This document shows positions 58,932 to 62,808 of a stretch of DNA of 62,808 bases, in pieces (within the stretch, counting starts at the first letter, position 1; every line of letters begins with the position of its first letter). The stretch comes from Sphingobacteriales bacterium (GTDB taxonomy: Bacteria > Bacteroidota > Bacteroidia > CAILMK01 > JAAYUY01): positions 1-62,808 of the forward strand of contig JAAYUY010000086.1 of NCBI GenBank assembly GCA_012517435.1, read 5' to 3'. The notes under the pieces are model-generated. The model saw only the letters and a program-made list of their open reading frames with translations, had not been told where the DNA came from and searched no databases. Made by a program: the position numbers and the translations under genes.

Positions 58932-60017
58932 ATGGCTGGAAATAGCTTTGGAGAATTATTCAGAATCACAACCTTCGGAGAAAGCCACGGGCCCCTGATT
59001 GGGGTTACCATTGACGGTTGCCCGCCTGATTTGCATTTTAATTTTGAATTATTGAAGACAGCATTATCCCGCAGAAGGCCGGGACAATCAGATGTTACTT
59101 CCAGCCGCAATGAACCGGATATTCCTGAGGTTGTTTCCGGAATTTTTGATGGCAAAACCACAGGAGCTCCGATTACCATTCTTATCAAAAATACAGACTC
59201 AAAAAGTGAAGATTATCAGCAATATGCAGGTTTATTCCGCCCTTCCCATGCGGAATTTTCTTACTGGAAAAAATACGGCCATTTTGACTATCGCGGAGGG
59301 GGTCGCTCCTCTGCCCGCGAAACGGCTGCAAGGGTTGCGGCCGGTGCAGTAGCTAAAATGCTGCTTTCTAAATACCAGATTAATGTGATTGCATTTACCT
59401 TTTCCATTGGCTATCTCTCTCTGGAAAATTTAAGTGAAAATATTTCTGAAAATCAGGTGGAAGAAAGTCTGGTGCGTTGTCCTGACAAAGATCTGACAGA
59501 GAAAATGCATCAGCTTATTGAGGAAGCAAAAAAACAGGGGGATAGTCTGGGAGGAGTTATCGGCTGCTTTATAAAAAATTGTCCGGCTGGGCTTGGTGAA
59601 CCTGTTTTTGACCGTTTTGAAGCTGATCTGGCAAAAGCCATGTTAAGTATCAATGCTACCAAAGGATTTGAAATCGGGGATGGCTTCAGGTCGGCTCAGA
59701 TGAAAGGCTCCGAAAACAATGATTATTTCGGGTTAAACGAAAAAGGGGAGGTCGTTTTGCTCAGCAACCATGCCGGTGGTGTTTTGGGTGGAATTACCAC
59801 AGGAGCAGATATTTTCTTTAAAGTTGCCTTTAAACCGGTTTCAACGATTCAACAAAATCAGGTTTTTTACAGCAGGGAAGGAGAAAAAGTAATACTTGAG
59901 AATAAGCCCGGACGTCATGATCCCTGCGTAATACCCAGGGCAGTTCCTGTAGTGGAAGCTATGGCTGCAATAGTAACAGCGGATCACTTTCTCAGGCAAA
60001 AATCCTTGTGTGGCTGA
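58932..60017 (+). CDS. aroC: Chorismate synthase
   Basis: 361 aa (GNSFGELFRITTFGESHGP ... RRRPGQS ... GGGRSSARETAARVAAGA ... GRHDPCV). Confidence 0.95.
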   Translation: MAGNSFGELFRITTFGESHGPLIGVTIDGCPPDLHFNFELLKTALSRRRPGQSDVTSSRNEPDIPEVVSGIFDGKTTGAPITILIKNTDSKSEDYQQYAGLFRPSHAEFSYWKKYGHFDYRGGGRSSARETAARVAAGAVAKMLLSKYQINVIAFTFSIGYLSLENLSENISENQVEESLVRCPDKDLTEKMHQLIEEAKKQGDSLGGVIGCFIKNCPAGLGEPVFDRFEADLAKAMLSINATKGFEIGDGFRSAQMKGSENNDYFGLNEKGEVVLLSNHAGGVLGGITTGADIFFKVAFKPVSTIQQNQVFYSREGEKVILENKPGRHDPCVIPRAVPVVEAMAAIVTADHFLRQKSLCG

Positions 60018-60021
60018 AGAT

Positions 60022-60573
60022 TTATTTGTTTTTCAAACACCTGACGTAATAACCGTTTTCGAACAGATTCTGATAGACAGCGAGGCTGTAATCTTCTTCA
60101 TGGATTTCCATTGTAAAAGCATCCTCTGCATTGGCAATGGTAGAGCTCCAGAAACTTGTATGCCGGCCTATTCCATAAAAAAAGTCATTGTCTGAAGTAT
60201 AATCTCCTCCAAGTAATGCATCAAAACCGGACTTTCCACCTTTGATCAGGGAGGCACCTGCCTTTTCCATTCCGCCAAGATAATTGATGAGTTCCATGAA
60301 TTCTGCTTTGGAAGGAAGATGCCAGCCTGCTGGACAGGCTTTGGTGGCTGCTTTGTAAGTATAAAGATAGCCAAAGGTGTCGCAATATGCCTGCACCTTG
60401 TCAAAGCAAAAACTTCCGGTCATTTTGTATTTCAGGTTTTCAGCCATCCACACCTGATTCCCGATTTCAACGGTTTTATAGACCTGCTGATCGCGTGAAT
60501 CTTTAAAAGTTTGTGATCTGCTTGGAAAAATGTATGCGGAAGTTAGTAATAAAATTAAAAATAAGTTTCTCAT
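60022..60573 (-). CDS. FISUMP (Fibrobacter succinogenes major paralogous) domain protein, secreted
   Basis: 183 aa (FKDSRDQQVYKTVEIGNQVWMAENLKY ... GYLYTY ... CPAGWHLPSKAEF ... FWSST), matching the TIGR02145-type domain as I recall it. Confidence 0.7.
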   Translation of the reverse strand: MRNLFLILLLTSAYIFPSRSQTFKDSRDQQVYKTVEIGNQVWMAENLKYKMTGSFCFDKVQAYCDTFGYLYTYKAATKACPAGWHLPSKAEFMELINYLGGMEKAGASLIKGGKSGFDALLGGDYTSDNDFFYGIGRHTSFWSSTIANAEDAFTMEIHEEDYSLAVYQNLFENGYYVRCLKNK

Positions 60574-60612
60574 AATGAATGTTTTAAAATGTTTTTATAC
60601 TATACTTTTCCT

Positions 60613-61185
60613 TCAATTCTTTTCAGCTGACATCTTTCTGAGAATAATAATTTCCAGAATCAACATGAGTAAATTGAATGCCCAGGTGAGGTAAAAGCCA
60701 TATCGTAAAAGATCTGGCTTATACTTAAAAAATCCGATGCATAGCAAAATGAAAGCAAGTATCAGTAAAATCAGGATATGAACGGGCCTTTGCCTGAAAA
60801 ACTGAAGGTAAAAGATGAAAACAAAAATAAAGGCGACAATACCGAAAATCAATATTGGCCACAACTGGATAAAAATGCCCAAAACTGAATAAGCTTTTCC
60901 GTCAGGCAGACTGATTTTATTAATGAATTTTTCACGTTTGCCTTGTTTAGATCCGGAGGAATCAGGCTGTATGACATTTTCACCGGTTGAAATGCTGGCA
61001 TTACTGTCAGGACTTACGATATCAGATGTGTCGAAAGTTACTGCTACCTTCGGTTTAACCTGTTCATTTTCAGCATTTTGTTTTTCTCCGCTCTTATCTT
61101 CGCAGTCCAGAATGACGAAAGGAAGAAAAAAGCATACAATCACCAGAATGTTGATTGATTTCGATAAACTTATGAGTTTTTTCAT
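60613..61185 (-). CDS. Hypothetical membrane protein
   Basis: 190 aa: an N-terminal hydrophobic segment, a ~70-aa polar low-complexity region, then 3-4 predicted TM helices. I recognise no family. Confidence 0.55.
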   Translation of the reverse strand: MKKLISLSKSINILVIVCFFLPFVILDCEDKSGEKQNAENEQVKPKVAVTFDTSDIVSPDSNASISTGENVIQPDSSGSKQGKREKFINKISLPDGKAYSVLGIFIQLWPILIFGIVAFIFVFIFYLQFFRQRPVHILILLILAFILLCIGFFKYKPDLLRYGFYLTWAFNLLMLILEIIILRKMSAEKN

Positions 61186-61429
61186 GGCAATGATTTTTTA
61201 TATCATACAAATGTACGATGGTTTATAAAAAATAATCGGGAGATTATGAAAATTATTGCTTTTTACCTGAAAATTTACAGGTATTTCATGAATGATTTTG
61301 TATTTTAATGATTCAGTATAATGAAACTATGAATAACCCCCGGAGTATATTTCTGATACAGATTATTGCTAAAAATCAAAAGATTGGCAATGTTGTACAG
61401 AAAAGAATAGCAAACTCACTTTCAACGCC

Positions 61430-62623
61430 TTATTCTTCCATAACCGCCTTAATCCCCGGCAGCTCTTTCCCTTCGAGGAATTCGAGCATAGCGCCTCCAC
61501 CTGTGCTGATATAGCTAACCTTTTTTGCATATCCAAAATGTTTGACAGCGGCCACTGAATCTCCTCCGCCTATTAATGAGAATGCTCCTTTTTCGGTGGC
61601 ATGGGCTATGGCATCCGCAATGGCAACGGTTCCTTTCTTAAATTTCTCCATTTCAAAAACTCCCATTGGCCCGTTCCACAAAATAGTTTTGGATTGAAGC
61701 AGCACGGATGAAAATTTTTCGATGGCTTTCGGGCCGATATCGAGTCCCATCCATCCATCTGCTATTTTGTTACTGTCTGATATTCCTGTATTTGCATCAT
61801 TGCTGAAAGCATCTGCCACCACCGAGTCTTCAGGTAGATGGAGGCTGACACCTTTTTCCTCTGCTTTTTTGATCAGATGAGCAGCCAGTTCAATACGATC
61901 TTCCTCCACCAGTGAATTGCCGGTTGCTCCGCCCCTTGCCCTCATGAAGGTATATGCCATTCCACCGCCAATAACCAGATAATTCACTTTGTCCATAAGG
62001 TTTTCAATGATCAGCACCTTGTCGGAAACCTTTGCTCCGCCAATCACGGCAGTAACAGGTTTCTCGCTGTTTTTCATCACCTTCTCTATGCTCTCGATTT
62101 CTTTTACCATCAGGTAGCCAAAACATTTGGCTCCGGGAAAGAAACGTGCTACTATGGTAGTGGAAGCATGTGCACGGTGAGCCGTTCCAAAGGCATCGTT
62201 AACATAAAAATCCCCGTGTTTTGAGAGTTTTTCTGCAAACGCAACATCCCCTTTTTCTTCTTCCTTGTAAAACCTGAGGTTCTCAAGCAATAAAACTTCT
62301 CCCGGCTTTAAATCCGATGAAATGGCATAAGCTTCTTCACCAATACAGTCAGGAGCAAAGCTGACTTTTCGTTCCAGATGATTGGAGAGGCTTGTAATCA
62401 GATGTTTCAAAGAGTATTTTTCTTCATAACCTCCTTTGGGTCTGCCGAGGTGAGACATTAAAATGATGCTCCCTCCATCTTGCAGGATTTTCCTGATGGT
62501 TGGCAATGAGGCAGTTATGCGGCTTTCATTTGTGATTTTATAATTTTCATCCAGCGGGACATTGTAATCCACTCTTATTAATACCCGCTTGTTTTTGAAG
62601 TTAAAATTGTCTATATGTTTCAT
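61430..62623 (-). CDS. pgk: Phosphoglycerate kinase
   Basis: 397 aa (RVLIRVDYNVPL ... ILMSHLGRPKG ... FYVNDAFGTAHRAHAST ... GGGDS). Confidence 0.97.
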   Translation of the reverse strand: MKHIDNFNFKNKRVLIRVDYNVPLDENYKITNESRITASLPTIRKILQDGGSIILMSHLGRPKGGYEEKYSLKHLITSLSNHLERKVSFAPDCIGEEAYAISSDLKPGEVLLLENLRFYKEEEKGDVAFAEKLSKHGDFYVNDAFGTAHRAHASTTIVARFFPGAKCFGYLMVKEIESIEKVMKNSEKPVTAVIGGAKVSDKVLIIENLMDKVNYLVIGGGMAYTFMRARGGATGNSLVEEDRIELAAHLIKKAEEKGVSLHLPEDSVVADAFSNDANTGISDSNKIADGWMGLDIGPKAIEKFSSVLLQSKTILWNGPMGVFEMEKFKKGTVAIADAIAHATEKGAFSLIGGGDSVAAVKHFGYAKKVSYISTGGGAMLEFLEGKELPGIKAVMEE

Positions 62624-62633
62624 ATCTGTTACT

Positions 62634-62808
62634 TTATTTTCCTGTTCCTTTGAGAATAATCAGCAGAGTATAGAAGATTATTTTGATGTCCATAGCGAGC
62701 GACATGTTTTCGATGTACAAAATATCAAATTTCATCCGCTGAATCATTTGTTCCACATTTTCGGCATAGCCGAATTTGATTTGTCCCCAGCTGGTAATCC
62801 CGGGTTTT
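62634..62808 (-). CDS. Bacterial sugar transferase (undecaprenyl-phosphate glycosyl-1-phosphate transferase family), C-terminal fragment cut by the window edge
   Basis: Hand translation of the minus strand gives KPGITSWGQIKFGYAENVEQMIQRMKFDILYIENMSLAMDIKIIFYTLLIILKGTGK-stop, the conserved C-terminus of PF02397-type transferases. The stop lies 10 nt upstream of the pgk ATG. Confidence 0.7.
   Translation of the reverse strand, partial: KPGITSWGQIKFGYAENVEQMIQRMKFDILYIENMSLAMDIKIIFYTLLIILKGTGK

Noticed and set aside
61264-61284. Small hairpin TACCTG-AAAATTT-CAGGTA in the spacer between pgk and the membrane-protein gene
   Set aside because: It has only a 6-bp stem and no adjacent T-run on either strand, which is too weak to call a terminator or regulatory element.
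61308-61514. 68-aa ORF overlapping the pgk 3' end
   Set aside because: It overlaps pgk in antisense, has no recognisable features, and starts in an AT-rich spacer.

Overview
This window reads as a Bacteroidota chromosomal segment. The evidence is TAnnTTTG-type promoter boxes, a T9SS C-terminal sorting domain, GldD, DUF3467 after rpoC, an S46 peptidase and a FISUMP protein. It looks AT-rich by eye.

Positions 1-31.8 kb are core translation and transcription genes, all on the + strand:
- rpsU, a tyrosine recombinase and hpf
- a tRNA Thr-Tyr-Gly-Thr cluster followed by tuf
- tRNA-Trp, secE, nusG, rplKAJL, rpoB, rpoC and DUF3467
- an almost gap-free run from rpsL to rplQ that joins the str, S10, spc and alpha clusters. 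It includes rpmD and rpmJ, which are too short for the ORF track and which I located by hand.

Positions 31.8-62.8 kb are mostly housekeeping metabolism and repair:
- gldD, recG
- hutI and a fused ftcD
- a GT9 glycosyltransferase, floA, rmuC
- a P-loop gene followed by arcC and argF
- a molybdenum cofactor operon: moeA, moaA, moaC, an inserted ORF, and a MOSC-MoaB fusion
- an HU gene, a DPP11-like S46 peptidase, aroB-aroA-aroC, pgk, and the 3' end of a sugar transferase

A few small genes of unknown function sit among these:
- a secreted protein made of two tandem domains
- an LTD/OB/T9SS surface protein
- a Cys-rich 153-aa protein
- an orphan IS630-like HTH ORF next to a very AT-rich 355-bp gap
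- a FISUMP lipoprotein paired with a membrane protein

I found no CRISPR array, rRNA, complete mobile element, or recognisable defence or toxin system. I cannot honestly point to a convincing novel multi-gene system. The most promising leads are modest:
- the P-loop-arcC-argF cluster, which has no arcA in the window
- the Moco operon, with its MOSC-MoaB fusion and embedded exported ORF
- the orphan transposase-HTH locus
- the uncharacterised Cys-rich and tandem-domain proteins

All family assignments come from reading the translations from memory. No database search was run.
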